In this document: piece by piece, positions 17,862 through 27,352 of the stretch | How the letters are laid out: each line of letters starts with the position of its first letter | How positions within the stretch are numbered: the stretch's first letter is position 1 | Assembly: GCA_902553845.1 (NCBI GenBank) | Contig: CACDMG010000001.1 | Location: 1 to 46,603, forward strand | DNA: 46,603 nt | Reading direction: 5' to 3' | Origin: an uncultured Pelagibacteraceae bacterium | Lineage (GTDB): Bacteria; Pseudomonadota; Alphaproteobacteria; Pelagibacterales; Pelagibacteraceae | Notes under the pieces: generated by a model | What the model saw: only the letters and a program-made list of their open reading frames with translations | What the model was told of the DNA's origin: nothing | Database searches by the model: none | Position numbers and translations under genes: made by a program

Positions 17862-18803
17862 TTATAGAGGTAAGAAACTTGTATCCACATTTCCTCTAGG
17901 AGTACCCATACCCTCTAGGAATTTATGAAGATTTCCGCTCTCCATTGATTCTTTAGTTTCTTCAGGAGTTAAGAATTTCATTCCTGCTAAAGTTTCTTTT
18001 AAGTCAGCAACTTTCATTTCAGAAGCTTTAGATAATGCATTTACATCGTGTTTACCTGCATGATATCTTGCATTTGCTTCATGAGTAACTTCTACGAAAG
18101 TTCTCAGCATTCCTGGATTTTCCTTCATAAACTTTGTAGTTACTGAAGTAATATCTATACCCAAGATACCTGCATCTCTAGCTTCTTGAACAGTTAATAC
18201 CTTTGTTCCAACTGCAAGAGCTGCTTTAATTGAATTACCACCAAATAAACATGCCATTACAACATCACCACTTACTAATGCAGCAGCACCCTCTTCAGGG
18301 TCCATTTGAATGATATCCATTTTATTTCTGTCAGCTCCAATTACCTTCATACTTTCATCGAAAACATACTCAGCCATTGTTCCAAGTGGAACAGCAACTT
18401 TTTTACCTTCCAATTCTGAACCATTAGCTTTTGTGATGCCAGAAGCATTAGAAGTAACACAAGTAGTTCCTCCCATTCCGTACTCCATAGCAACATCAAC
18501 TAATTTAATTGGTGCTTTAGACTTTACTGCATTGATAAATGGTACTAATCCTTGAGAGTAAGAAATATCAATATCTCCCGCTAACATAGCATCAGTCATT
18601 GCTCCACCATTTGTGAAGTTTGTCCATTTAACTGGTACACCTAAAGCTTTTGCATAATTCTTTTTGATCATGTCTTCTAGATTTGGACTTGGCCATTCTA
18701 GAAAGTAAGCTACTCTTACTTCGTTTGCAGCTGAATTAGCAGCTGTAATACTCAAGTTAAGAGCAACAAAACATCCTAAAAGAAAGCTAATTATTTTTTT
18801 CAT
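17862..18803 (-). CDS. tauA: Taurine/sulfonate ABC substrate-binding protein
   Basis: Signal peptide; VAYFLEWP.P, G..M..AM.AGD.DISYSQG..PF typical of alphaproteobacterial TauA. Confidence 0.85.
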   Translation of the reverse strand: MKKIISFLLGCFVALNLSITAANSAANEVRVAYFLEWPSPNLEDMIKKNYAKALGVPVKWTNFTNGGAMTDAMLAGDIDISYSQGLVPFINAVKSKAPIKLVDVAMEYGMGGTTCVTSNASGITKANGSELEGKKVAVPLGTMAEYVFDESMKVIGADRNKMDIIQMDPEEGAAALVSGDVVMACLFGGNSIKAALAVGTKVLTVQEARDAGILGIDITSVTTKFMKENPGMLRTFVEVTHEANARYHAGKHDVNALSKASEMKVADLKETLAGMKFLTPEETKESMESGNLHKFLEGMGTPRGNVDTSFLPL

Positions 18804-18988
18804 TTAATCCTCTTTGTTAATTATTTATATGTCCTAAGTTTAAAATTAAATCAGTAGAGAAGTAAAACAAAAAAGTGTTTATTTTGAATACAACTTAAAG
18901 TTGCGTCAATTATTTTGGTGGTTAATTAACCTTATATAGTCTAAAGAATCTAATAATTACTAATTATTAAAATTTATAAAAAAAAATT

Positions 18989-20335
18989 ATGAGCTCAGAA
19001 AATCGCACTTCAGTTCCAAATTCATTGAATGAACATTGGATGCCATTTACATCTAACAAAGACTTTAAACAAAACCCAAGATTAATAACTGAAGCAAAAG
19101 GAGTATATTTAAAGACCCATCACGGAAAAACACAAATTGATGCTAGCTCAGGATTGTTTTGTAATCCATTAGGCCATGGCAGAAAAGAAATTACAGAAGC
19201 AGTAACTAAACAATTAGAAACTTTAGACTATGCACAACCTTTTCAACAAGGTTTTGGAGGTTCATTTGAATTAGCTACAAAAATTTCAAAACATACTCCT
19301 GGAAATTTAAACAAAATGTTTTTTACTATTTGTGGCTCAACAGCTGTTGAAACAGCAATTAAAATAGCCGTAGCTTACCACAGAGCAAAAGGAAATGCTC
19401 ATAGATTTAGATTTGTTGGTAGAGAACGAGGATATCACGGAATGAACATAGGGTGTGTATCTGTTGGTGGAATGATTAATAATGTAAAAACTTTTGCAAG
19501 TATTTTAATGCCCGGCGTTCAACATATGAGACATACGCATTTACCAGAACATAAGTTTGTAAGTGGTCAACCAGAAACTGGTGGAGATTTAGCAGATGAT
19601 TTAGAAAGAATTGCAAGTAACTTTGGTCCAGAAAATATAGCTGCATGTATTGTCGAACCAATAGCAGGATCAACTGGTACATTAGTTCCGCCAAAAGGAT
19701 ATTTGCAAAAGTTAAGAGAAATTTGTGATAAACATGGAATACTTTTAATTTTTGACGAAGTAATTACTGGCTGGGGAAGAACAGGCTCATCTTTTGCAAG
19801 TCATGAATTTGGAGTAACTCCGGATATAATGACAATGGCTAAAGCAACTACTAATGGTGTTGTTCCAATGGGTGTTGTTGCATGTAAAGATGAAATTTAT
19901 GATGCAGTAATGGACGCATCACCAATGGGATCAGTTGAGTTATTTCATGGATATACTTATTCTGGAATTCCAGTCGCTGTTGCTGCTGCATTAGCTGTTC
20001 AAGATATTTTTGAAAAAGATAATATTTTTAATAGAGCAAAAAACTTAGCTCCATATTTCCAAAAAGGTTTGTTTTCTCTTCAAGACTTAGAGTCGGTAGA
20101 AAACATAAGAGGGTATGGAATGATGGGTGGAATTGATATGAAGATGAAAGGTAAGCCTGGTAAAGCTGGATATGAATGTTTCAAGGCATGTTATGAAGCA
20201 GGTGTTAATTTTAAAGCTACAGGGGATTGTTTAATTATTGCACCTCAATTTATCTGTGAAGAAAAACACATTGATGAGATAATTGACAAATTGAGAACAG
20301 GTATTACTAACTATCAAAAGAACCAAAAAAACTAA
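18989..20335 (+). CDS. Class III omega-amino acid:pyruvate aminotransferase (beta-alanine/taurine type)
   Basis: WMPFT, D.SSGL.C, RERGYHG, IFDEVITG.GR.G, TMAK (PLP Lys), HGYTYSG. Confidence 0.9.
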   Translation: MSSENRTSVPNSLNEHWMPFTSNKDFKQNPRLITEAKGVYLKTHHGKTQIDASSGLFCNPLGHGRKEITEAVTKQLETLDYAQPFQQGFGGSFELATKISKHTPGNLNKMFFTICGSTAVETAIKIAVAYHRAKGNAHRFRFVGRERGYHGMNIGCVSVGGMINNVKTFASILMPGVQHMRHTHLPEHKFVSGQPETGGDLADDLERIASNFGPENIAACIVEPIAGSTGTLVPPKGYLQKLREICDKHGILLIFDEVITGWGRTGSSFASHEFGVTPDIMTMAKATTNGVVPMGVVACKDEIYDAVMDASPMGSVELFHGYTYSGIPVAVAAALAVQDIFEKDNIFNRAKNLAPYFQKGLFSLQDLESVENIRGYGMMGGIDMKMKGKPGKAGYECFKACYEAGVNFKATGDCLIIAPQFICEEKHIDEIIDKLRTGITNYQKNQKN

Positions 20336-20376
20336 CTAGTTTATATTTTTATATCTATAGTTAACAGAGAGAGATA

Positions 20377-21489
20377 ATGCGTATAGGCGTACCTAAAGAA
20401 ATTAAACCTCAAGAGAATAGAATAGGGCTAACACCTGAAAGTGTAAAAACTTTAGTGTCTGAAGGGCATGAAGTTTTAGTCGAAAATAATGGTGGTTTTG
20501 AAGCGGGTTTTGAAAATGATCAATATACAAAAGCTGGTGCAAAGATTGTAGGTAAAGCATCTGATATATTTAACGATGCTGAAATAATTGTTAAAGTAAA
20601 AGAACCTCAAAAAGTTGAAGTAAACATGATTAGAGAAAATCAAATTGTTTATACTTATCTTCATTTAGCTGCTGCAAAAGAATTAACAGAGGGATTAATT
20701 AAATCAAAAAGTATTAATATTGCTTATGAAACAGTTACAGATGATAATGGTAGACTTCCTTTACTTGCGCCAATGAGTGCTGTTGCAGGACGAATGTCAG
20801 TTCAAGCTGGAGCACATTGTTTAGAAAAAAATCAAAAAGGCAGAGGAGTACTCTTAGGTGGGGCGCCAGGTGGTGAGCCGGCAAATGTATTAATTCTTGG
20901 AGGAGGTGTAGTAGGAGAAAATGCTGCAATAATAGCCACTGGTATGAGAGCCAAAGTTCATGTTGTAGATAAATCTGAAGCAAGGTTAAAACAATTAGTT
21001 GAAATGTTTGGAGATAAAATTATTCCAGAACAAAGTGATAAAATAGATTTGAATAAGTTAGTTGCTGAAGCAGATTTAGTTGTCGGTGGAGTTTTAATTC
21101 CAGGAGCCGAAGCACCAAAATTAGTAACTAAAGATATGCTTAAATTAATGAAAAGGGGTTCAGTAATAGTCGATGTTGCAATCGATCAAGGAGGATGTGT
21201 TGAAACAAGCAAACCAACAACTCATGGAGATCCAACATACATAGTTGATGATGTTGTTCATTATTGCGTTGCAAATATGCCTGGAGGAGTTCCTAGAACT
21301 TCTACTTTTGCATTAAACCAAGCAACACTTCCTTATTTGGTTAAACTTGCAAACAAAGGTTATCAAAAAGCTTTAAGTGAGGATAAAAATTTTTTAGCAG
21401 GATTAAATGTTCATAAGGGTCATGTGACTTACAAAGCTGTTGCAAATGCATTTGGACATGAGTTTATTGATCCTTTATCTATACTTTAA
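20377..21489 (+). CDS. ald: Alanine dehydrogenase
   Basis: IGVPKEIK..E.R, KVKEP, YLHLA, DVAIDQGG, HYCVANMPG. Confidence 0.96.
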   Translation: MRIGVPKEIKPQENRIGLTPESVKTLVSEGHEVLVENNGGFEAGFENDQYTKAGAKIVGKASDIFNDAEIIVKVKEPQKVEVNMIRENQIVYTYLHLAAAKELTEGLIKSKSINIAYETVTDDNGRLPLLAPMSAVAGRMSVQAGAHCLEKNQKGRGVLLGGAPGGEPANVLILGGGVVGENAAIIATGMRAKVHVVDKSEARLKQLVEMFGDKIIPEQSDKIDLNKLVAEADLVVGGVLIPGAEAPKLVTKDMLKLMKRGSVIVDVAIDQGGCVETSKPTTHGDPTYIVDDVVHYCVANMPGGVPRTSTFALNQATLPYLVKLANKGYQKALSEDKNFLAGLNVHKGHVTYKAVANAFGHEFIDPLSIL

Positions 21490-21493
21490 TTAA

Positions 21494-22840
21494 ATGAAAA
21501 ATATTTACCATCGAGATATTTATAAATTTGATAAACCAGTAAATAGTTATTGGGAAGATACATCTAATGAAAATTTTAATTTAGATAAATTAAAAGAAAA
21601 CACTAAATGTGAAGTAGTTATAATTGGAGGAGGTTATACAGGCCTGCTATGTGCTATAAATTTGATTGAAAATTATAATCTTGATGTAATTTTACTAGAG
21701 GCTGGTAAAGTAGGATGGGGTGCTTCATCACGTAATGGAGGTTTTTGTGCATTTCCACCAATAAAAACAAATTTTAAAAATCTACAAAAAATTTATGGAA
21801 AAGATGAAACAAAAAAATTTTTTAAAAATTCAATTGAGGGATCAAATTATACAAAAAACTTAATTAAAAATTATAATATTGATTGTGACGTTACCGGTGA
21901 CTCCAATTTTATCTTGGCTCACCACCCAAATAAATTTAAACAAATTAGTGAGCAAGCAGAAATATATAAAAGTGAATTTGGTATTGAAACTGAAATTTAT
22001 TCTAAAGAGGAGTTTGATAAAATTGGTCACACAGGAACTGAGCAATACGGGGCCCTTTCATATAAACCTGGTTTTGCAATAAATCCCTTAAAATTTGTTA
22101 ACGGAATAGCAAAGTATGCTTTATCTAAAAACTTAAAAATATTTGAGCACTCTTTAGTAAGTAAGATTGAGAAAAATAACAATTCTTATATTTTAAGAAC
22201 TAGCGAAGGATCTGTTAATACGAAAAAAATTGTAGTTGCAACCAACGGATTTTATCAAGAAGGTTTAGTACCCCAAATGAATTCAAGAATACTACCAGTA
22301 ATATCAAATGTTATAGTAACAAGAAAATTATCAAAAAATGAAATTGATTTACATAATTTTAAAACTTATTCGCCGATAATGAATACTAAAAATCTTTTAT
22401 ATTATTACAGGAAGTTACCTGATGATCGTATTTTATTTGGTACAAGGGGCGATTTTATTGGAAGCGACCAATCAAATTTCAATAGATCAAAAAAAATGGA
22501 AAAATTTTTTAAAAATATTTTTCCAGATTGGTCTAACATCTCAATAGATTATAGTTGGCGAGGATTAATAGCTATGTCGCAAAAACTAACTCCATCGATA
22601 GGAAAAATTGAAGATGAGGAAATATATTATGGTTTTGGATATCATGGTGTAGGTGTGAGTACAGCCCCATGGACTGGCAAACAACTTTCAAAATTAGTTT
22701 TTTCTTCTAATAGTAAAGACTTAAACATATCAAAAATATATAAAGGATTACCTAAAAAATTTATTTTTCCAAGATTAAGAGTATTTTATTTTAGACTAGC
22801 TGTTATGTTTTATAATATTAAAGATAAGTTAAATATCTAA
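21494..22840 (+). CDS. FAD-dependent amine oxidoreductase (PuuB/DadA family)
   Basis: IGGGYTGL, GASSRNGG, W.G, GY.G.GV. Confidence 0.85.
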   Translation: MKNIYHRDIYKFDKPVNSYWEDTSNENFNLDKLKENTKCEVVIIGGGYTGLLCAINLIENYNLDVILLEAGKVGWGASSRNGGFCAFPPIKTNFKNLQKIYGKDETKKFFKNSIEGSNYTKNLIKNYNIDCDVTGDSNFILAHHPNKFKQISEQAEIYKSEFGIETEIYSKEEFDKIGHTGTEQYGALSYKPGFAINPLKFVNGIAKYALSKNLKIFEHSLVSKIEKNNNSYILRTSEGSVNTKKIVVATNGFYQEGLVPQMNSRILPVISNVIVTRKLSKNEIDLHNFKTYSPIMNTKNLLYYYRKLPDDRILFGTRGDFIGSDQSNFNRSKKMEKFFKNIFPDWSNISIDYSWRGLIAMSQKLTPSIGKIEDEEIYYGFGYHGVGVSTAPWTGKQLSKLVFSSNSKDLNISKIYKGLPKKFIFPRLRVFYFRLAVMFYNIKDKLNI

Positions 22841-22872
22841 TTTATATTTAATTCCTGACTTTTTTATAAAAG

Positions 22873-23706
22873 TTAATTGGCTTTGAATAAAGTAGGAAAC
22901 ATTTTACCAGACAAATCATCACCATTTTTATAGCCATTACCTTCCATAATAGCTCTTTCTTCTCTGGCCCAATCTCCTCTATAAATAATCTTAGAATCTT
23001 CTTTTGCCATTCTTAAAGTATATCTATGAACATCTTTTTCAGGGGTTACAGAATTTAATCCACCATGAAGAGTTCTAATATCAAAATAAATACAGTCACC
23101 AACTTTAAGATCCCACTGTAAAAATTCATAATCTTTTTTGTTTTCTAATATGTTTGGAGCTAATTCATATTTTTTTCCATTTACAATACCAGCTTCTCCA
23201 TCTACAAAATGACCATCGTCAAATCTTGTTCTCAAAAATAATTTATTCCATAAATGGGATCCTTTAACCCATGCTATACCATCTTCTTTTTTAACATCCT
23301 CAAGTGGTATCCATAATACACACATAGATCCTTCAAAATCAAAATACGATATATCATGGTGAAAAGGTGGTAAAGATTTACAACCTGCTTCTCTAAAAAA
23401 CCAATTATCCATAACTAAATTAATACTTTTAGCTTCTAAAAGTTCAGCTGCAATCTTAGGTGTTGGTGAGTTAAAAACAAAATCTTTAAACTCTTCATGT
23501 AAATCCCAAGTCCAAAAATCCTCATAATATCCAGGCATTTTTTTATTTTTAGTATGATTTACAAATCTTGGGCTGGGATTTTTTTTTCCTTTTTTTATTC
23601 CTTTTTTTAATTTTTCAATCCATTTTTTATCAAATTTATCTTTTAAAAAAATTGCCCCATCTGCCTTAAATTGTAAAATTTCATTTGGTGTAAGAATTTT
23701 ATTCAT
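22873..23706 (-). CDS. Phytanoyl-CoA dioxygenase (PhyH) family Fe/2OG enzyme
   Basis: H-x-D (HHD), WIPLE, GSH.W, GD...F...TLHG. Confidence 0.85.
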   Translation of the reverse strand: MNKILTPNEILQFKADGAIFLKDKFDKKWIEKLKKGIKKGKKNPSPRFVNHTKNKKMPGYYEDFWTWDLHEEFKDFVFNSPTPKIAAELLEAKSINLVMDNWFFREAGCKSLPPFHHDISYFDFEGSMCVLWIPLEDVKKEDGIAWVKGSHLWNKLFLRTRFDDGHFVDGEAGIVNGKKYELAPNILENKKDYEFLQWDLKVGDCIYFDIRTLHGGLNSVTPEKDVHRYTLRMAKEDSKIIYRGDWAREERAIMEGNGYKNGDDLSGKMFPTLFKAN

Positions 23707-23787
23707 TTCAAGATATATTGTAAATTATAAATAAAAAATGCTCAAATATAATTTTGGTCATGAATTTGTAGAATTTACCTCAGTTAT

Positions 23788-24789
23788 TTAATTGTAATGA
23801 TCTAAATACCAATATAAAAATTTTTTAATACCCAATTTGTAATTTGTCTTAGGATTGTAACCAGTAATTTGTTTTAATAAAGTAGTATTTGATAAAGTTT
23901 GCTTTACATCACCTTTTTGTAATGGCATAAAATTCTTTCTCGCTTTTTTCCCGAGCTCATTTTCAATTTGCTTAATAAAATCCATGAGGTAAATCTTTTT
24001 TGTATTTCCGATATTTAAAATTCTAAAAGGAGCTATATTTGATAGGCTATCATTTTTGAATTTTCCTAGTTGATTTTTATTTGGAATTTTGTTCATTATT
24101 AATTCAATTCCATTAACAATGTCATCTATATAAGTAAAATCTCTATACATTTTGCCATTATTATAAACATCTATTTTTTTATTTTTTAAAATTCCTTTTG
24201 TAAATTTAAATAAAGCCATATCTGGACGACCCCAAGGACCATAAACAGTAAAAAATCTGAGCATAGTAATAGGAATTTTCCATATATTTGAATAGGAGTG
24301 AGCCATACTCTCATTAGATTTTTTTGTGGCTGCATAAATACTCAATTGAGTTTCAGTTTTATCAATTTCTTTAAAAGGAATTCTTTTATTTGCTCCATAG
24401 ACAGAGGAGCTTGATGCCATAACTAAATGTTTTACATTTGTTTTTTTTGAAATTTCTATGATATTGTAGCTACCAGTTATATTAGAATCGAGATACACCC
24501 TAGGTTTTTCTATACTATATCTTACGCCAGCTTGGGCAGCCAAATGAACTACTATTTTAGGTCTAAATTTGAAAAAAGTTTTATTTAATTTTTTTTGGTT
24601 TTCTAATTTTGTTTTGGTGAAAGAAAAATTTTTATATTTTCTTAAAATTTTTAATCTAGCTTTTTTAAGATTAACATCATAATAGTTATTCATAGAGTCA
24701 ATTCCATGAACCTTGTTTCCATTTTCAAGGAGTTTTCTACTCAAGTGAAAACCAATGAAGCCCGATGAGCCAGTAATTATTATTTTCAT
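23788..24789 (-). CDS. UDP-glucuronate 4-epimerase (NAD-dependent epimerase)
   Basis: TGSSGFIG, HLAAQAGVRYS, SSSSVYG, YAATKK, GPWGRPDMA, RDFTYIDD. Confidence 0.92.
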   Translation of the reverse strand: MKIIITGSSGFIGFHLSRKLLENGNKVHGIDSMNNYYDVNLKKARLKILRKYKNFSFTKTKLENQKKLNKTFFKFRPKIVVHLAAQAGVRYSIEKPRVYLDSNITGSYNIIEISKKTNVKHLVMASSSSVYGANKRIPFKEIDKTETQLSIYAATKKSNESMAHSYSNIWKIPITMLRFFTVYGPWGRPDMALFKFTKGILKNKKIDVYNNGKMYRDFTYIDDIVNGIELIMNKIPNKNQLGKFKNDSLSNIAPFRILNIGNTKKIYLMDFIKQIENELGKKARKNFMPLQKGDVKQTLSNTTLLKQITGYNPKTNYKLGIKKFLYWYLDHYN

Positions 24790-24874
24790 TAATAAACTTA
24801 ATTATCTTATATATTTCATTTGATATATCATTATTAAAATGAATAAAGTTTTAAAACAAACAAATTTTAAAAAA

Positions 24875-25723
24875 TTAAGATTGATTTCTTAATATATATA
24901 TAAATATAAATCCTGTTATATACATTATAAGTGCATAAGCTGCTGTTGGCACTACGTAAGCAATATCATTAAAGACTTGAGTTGCAACAAAGACGGCTAA
25001 AGTTCCATTTTGTAAACCACATTCTAAGGCAATACATTTTTTTTGAGGAATTCCAGTTGCAAAAATTTTTGCTATAAAAAATGCTAAAATCATCATGACA
25101 ATATTTAATGTTATCACAGCTAATCCTGCTTGTTTCATATAATCTAATATACTATCTTTTTCTTCAATCCATATAGCAATAAAAATAATTATAAATAAAA
25201 ATCCAGTTATCTTATTTATGATATTTAAATTTGATGCAATAAAGTTTTTTGCTAAAGCTCTAATGATCATTCCTATAATAACTGGCAATGTAACTACTAA
25301 CGCCATCTTTAAAGCAATACCAGTCATAGAAATTTCTTTAGATATTTCTGTAACACCAATTAGGTCTGCTGATGTAAAAACTATTATTGGAACTGAAATA
25401 ATGCTTATTAAACTTCCTACAGCAGTTAATGTAATTGATAATGCAACATCTCCGTTAGCAAACTTAGTCAATACATTTGAAGTAACACCACCAGGTGCAG
25501 CTGCAATTATCATTAAACCTAAAGCTATTTCGATAGGTAATCGTAAAATTAAAACTAGTATATAAGCAATAATCGGTAAAAGAATTACTTGGCAAATAAT
25601 TCCTATTGTAAAATCTTTTGGAGATAAAATTACTCTTTTAAAATCTTGTATAGTTAGACCTAGACCAAGTCCTAACATGATTAATGCCAATGCAATTGGC
25701 GCAATATTTGTTACTATCTCCAT
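24875..25723 (-). CDS. Bile acid:sodium symporter (BASS) family transporter
   Basis: PGG.TSN......GDVALS and ECGLQN motifs. Confidence 0.9.
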   Translation of the reverse strand: MEIVTNIAPIALALIMLGLGLGLTIQDFKRVILSPKDFTIGIICQVILLPIIAYILVLILRLPIEIALGLMIIAAAPGGVTSNVLTKFANGDVALSITLTAVGSLISIISVPIIVFTSADLIGVTEISKEISMTGIALKMALVVTLPVIIGMIIRALAKNFIASNLNIINKITGFLFIIIFIAIWIEEKDSILDYMKQAGLAVITLNIVMMILAFFIAKIFATGIPQKKCIALECGLQNGTLAVFVATQVFNDIAYVVPTAAYALIMYITGFIFIYILRNQS

Positions 25724-25761
25724 GATCCCTCACTATACTTAAATAATAAATTATTTTAAAT

Positions 25762-26739
25762 TTAAGAAATTACAAGAAGATTCAAAACTTTTCGGATAAA
25801 TTTTGCTTTAAATTTAAAAGCCTCTGTTTGATAAGGTAGGATTTTTCTAAAATTTAGAGTAGTTAAAACATATTGTTTTTTTTTATTAATTCTTATTAAA
25901 TCGTTATCTAATAAATATTTACATTTTCTTATAATAGTTGTTCTTGGTATCGAGGTCATTTCGGAAATTGACATTGCACTTATACCAATATCTGTACCTA
26001 CATTATCAATAAGGATACGACTGGTTGTAAAATGATCTAATGGAGGTTTATCAGCAGCAGTTTCTAATAGTTTAGAAACATTTAAAACTTGATTCATACA
26101 AACTGTTCCCCAAATATGAAATGTAGTAAGATCGCTCATAAATTTTTGATAACCAATAATTAATGGTATTTGCATTCTATAAAACCATCTCCAACAGAGA
26201 GTAAATTTTTTTTTGATTATGTTTTCGATTAATTTTTGATCAAGTTTTTTTTGATAAAGTTTTTCTTTATTAAGTGCTTGGTAAACTAAATAGATATATT
26301 TTGCTGAAATTTTAATTTGATTATCTGGTTTAACAAAAGTAAAAGCTTTTCGGTCAATTATAATTTTTTTTTTACTACGAGTTATAACCCCTTCTTTTTC
26401 AAGTTCTAAAACTTTTCTTCTAACAGTTTCTTTAGGTAAATCTAATTTTTCACACAGCTCTGTGATACTAAATTTTTCAATTTGTAGGTAGGATTTTGAA
26501 TAATATTCTTCATAATTATATTGAATATTCATTGTATCATAAAATTGTAAAGTTTTTTCAATAAGTAAAATTATAATCATATATTTGTTATGATCATTAA
26601 ATGAAGCATAAACATTATTCATCCAATTCCATTGATGAAATATCCAATCTTTACTAAGATCTGAATAATTTCCCATAATAGTTTCATAGACTTGATCGTC
26701 AGTGAGTGTTTTAGAGAAATCTATTTGTGATAAGCTCAT
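25762..26739 (-). CDS. Tandem winged-HTH DNA-binding protein (putative regulator)
   Basis: Two HTH-like segments: SITELCEKLDLPKETVRRKVLELEKEG and SAMSISEMTSIPRTTIIRKCKYL; likely start ATG 26739 (ORF track extends to 26787). Confidence 0.75.
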   Translation of the reverse strand: MSLSQIDFSKTLTDDQVYETIMGNYSDLSKDWIFHQWNWMNNVYASFNDHNKYMIIILLIEKTLQFYDTMNIQYNYEEYYSKSYLQIEKFSITELCEKLDLPKETVRRKVLELEKEGVITRSKKKIIIDRKAFTFVKPDNQIKISAKYIYLVYQALNKEKLYQKKLDQKLIENIIKKKFTLCWRWFYRMQIPLIIGYQKFMSDLTTFHIWGTVCMNQVLNVSKLLETAADKPPLDHFTTSRILIDNVGTDIGISAMSISEMTSIPRTTIIRKCKYLLDNDLIRINKKKQYVLTTLNFRKILPYQTEAFKFKAKFIRKVLNLLVIS

Positions 26740-26760
26740 AATTTTTAAAATGCATATTAA

Positions 26761-26808
26761 CGACCCAATTTGGTCACTTGTCAACATATTTGCGACCCAC
26801 TTTGAACT
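26761..26808. promoter_or_regulatory. Paired candidate operator sites in divergent promoter region
   Basis: CGACCCAATTTG (26761) and CGACCCACTTTG (26793), 11/12 identical, 32 bp apart; first copy forms GACC-N6-GGTC. Confidence 0.55.
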
Positions 26809-26852
26809 TTATCTAAATTGTTCGTAAATCTCTTATGTGTTTAAATTAAACT

Positions 26853-27083
26853 ATGAATATTAAAGGCTTTGATGAAAACGTAAAAAAAAATGAGACCCTC
26901 ATGATGAACAACGTTTCTGAAAAGCCTTTAAAAACAAATAAAATTCTCTCAAATCGAGTTGATATAAATGTTCTTAAGTCAAAACTTAAGGCGAGTGAAA
27001 AAAGAGAGTTTAAAAAAAATTTAATAATTTTAATCTTCTTTTTGGCTACCTTAGGTTCTTTAGGAATTTATTTGTCTTACTAA
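26853..27083 (+). CDS. Small C-terminally anchored membrane protein
   Basis: DINVL..KLK...K.E..K followed by one TM helix; similar to next ORF. Confidence 0.7.
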   Translation: MNIKGFDENVKKNETLMMNNVSEKPLKTNKILSNRVDINVLKSKLKASEKREFKKNLIILIFFLATLGSLGIYLSY

Positions 27084-27126
27084 TAAAACATTTGAAAACA
27101 TCTTAATTAAGTGATTAAATAATTTT

Positions 27127-27336
27127 ATGAAAAATGCTTTCACCACAGTAAAAAATAAAATGGTTTCAAAATATTTAGAAGAAGATTTCACTGAGGATCA
27201 AAACTCAAAAAGTACAAACATAAATGTCTTATTAAATAGAGTTAAAGTTAACAATAAAAAAGAGAATATAAAAAAGATATATTTCTCTGCAGCAGTTTCA
27301 ACTGGACTATTATTATTTGGAATTTTAGTATTTTAA
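27127..27336 (+). CDS. Small C-terminally anchored membrane protein (paralog of previous)
   Basis: NINVLLNRVK...K.E..K followed by one TM helix. Confidence 0.7.
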   Translation: MKNAFTTVKNKMVSKYLEEDFTEDQNSKSTNINVLLNRVKVNNKKENIKKIYFSAAVSTGLLLFGILVF

Positions 27337-27352
27337 TTTTAGTATTTGAATT

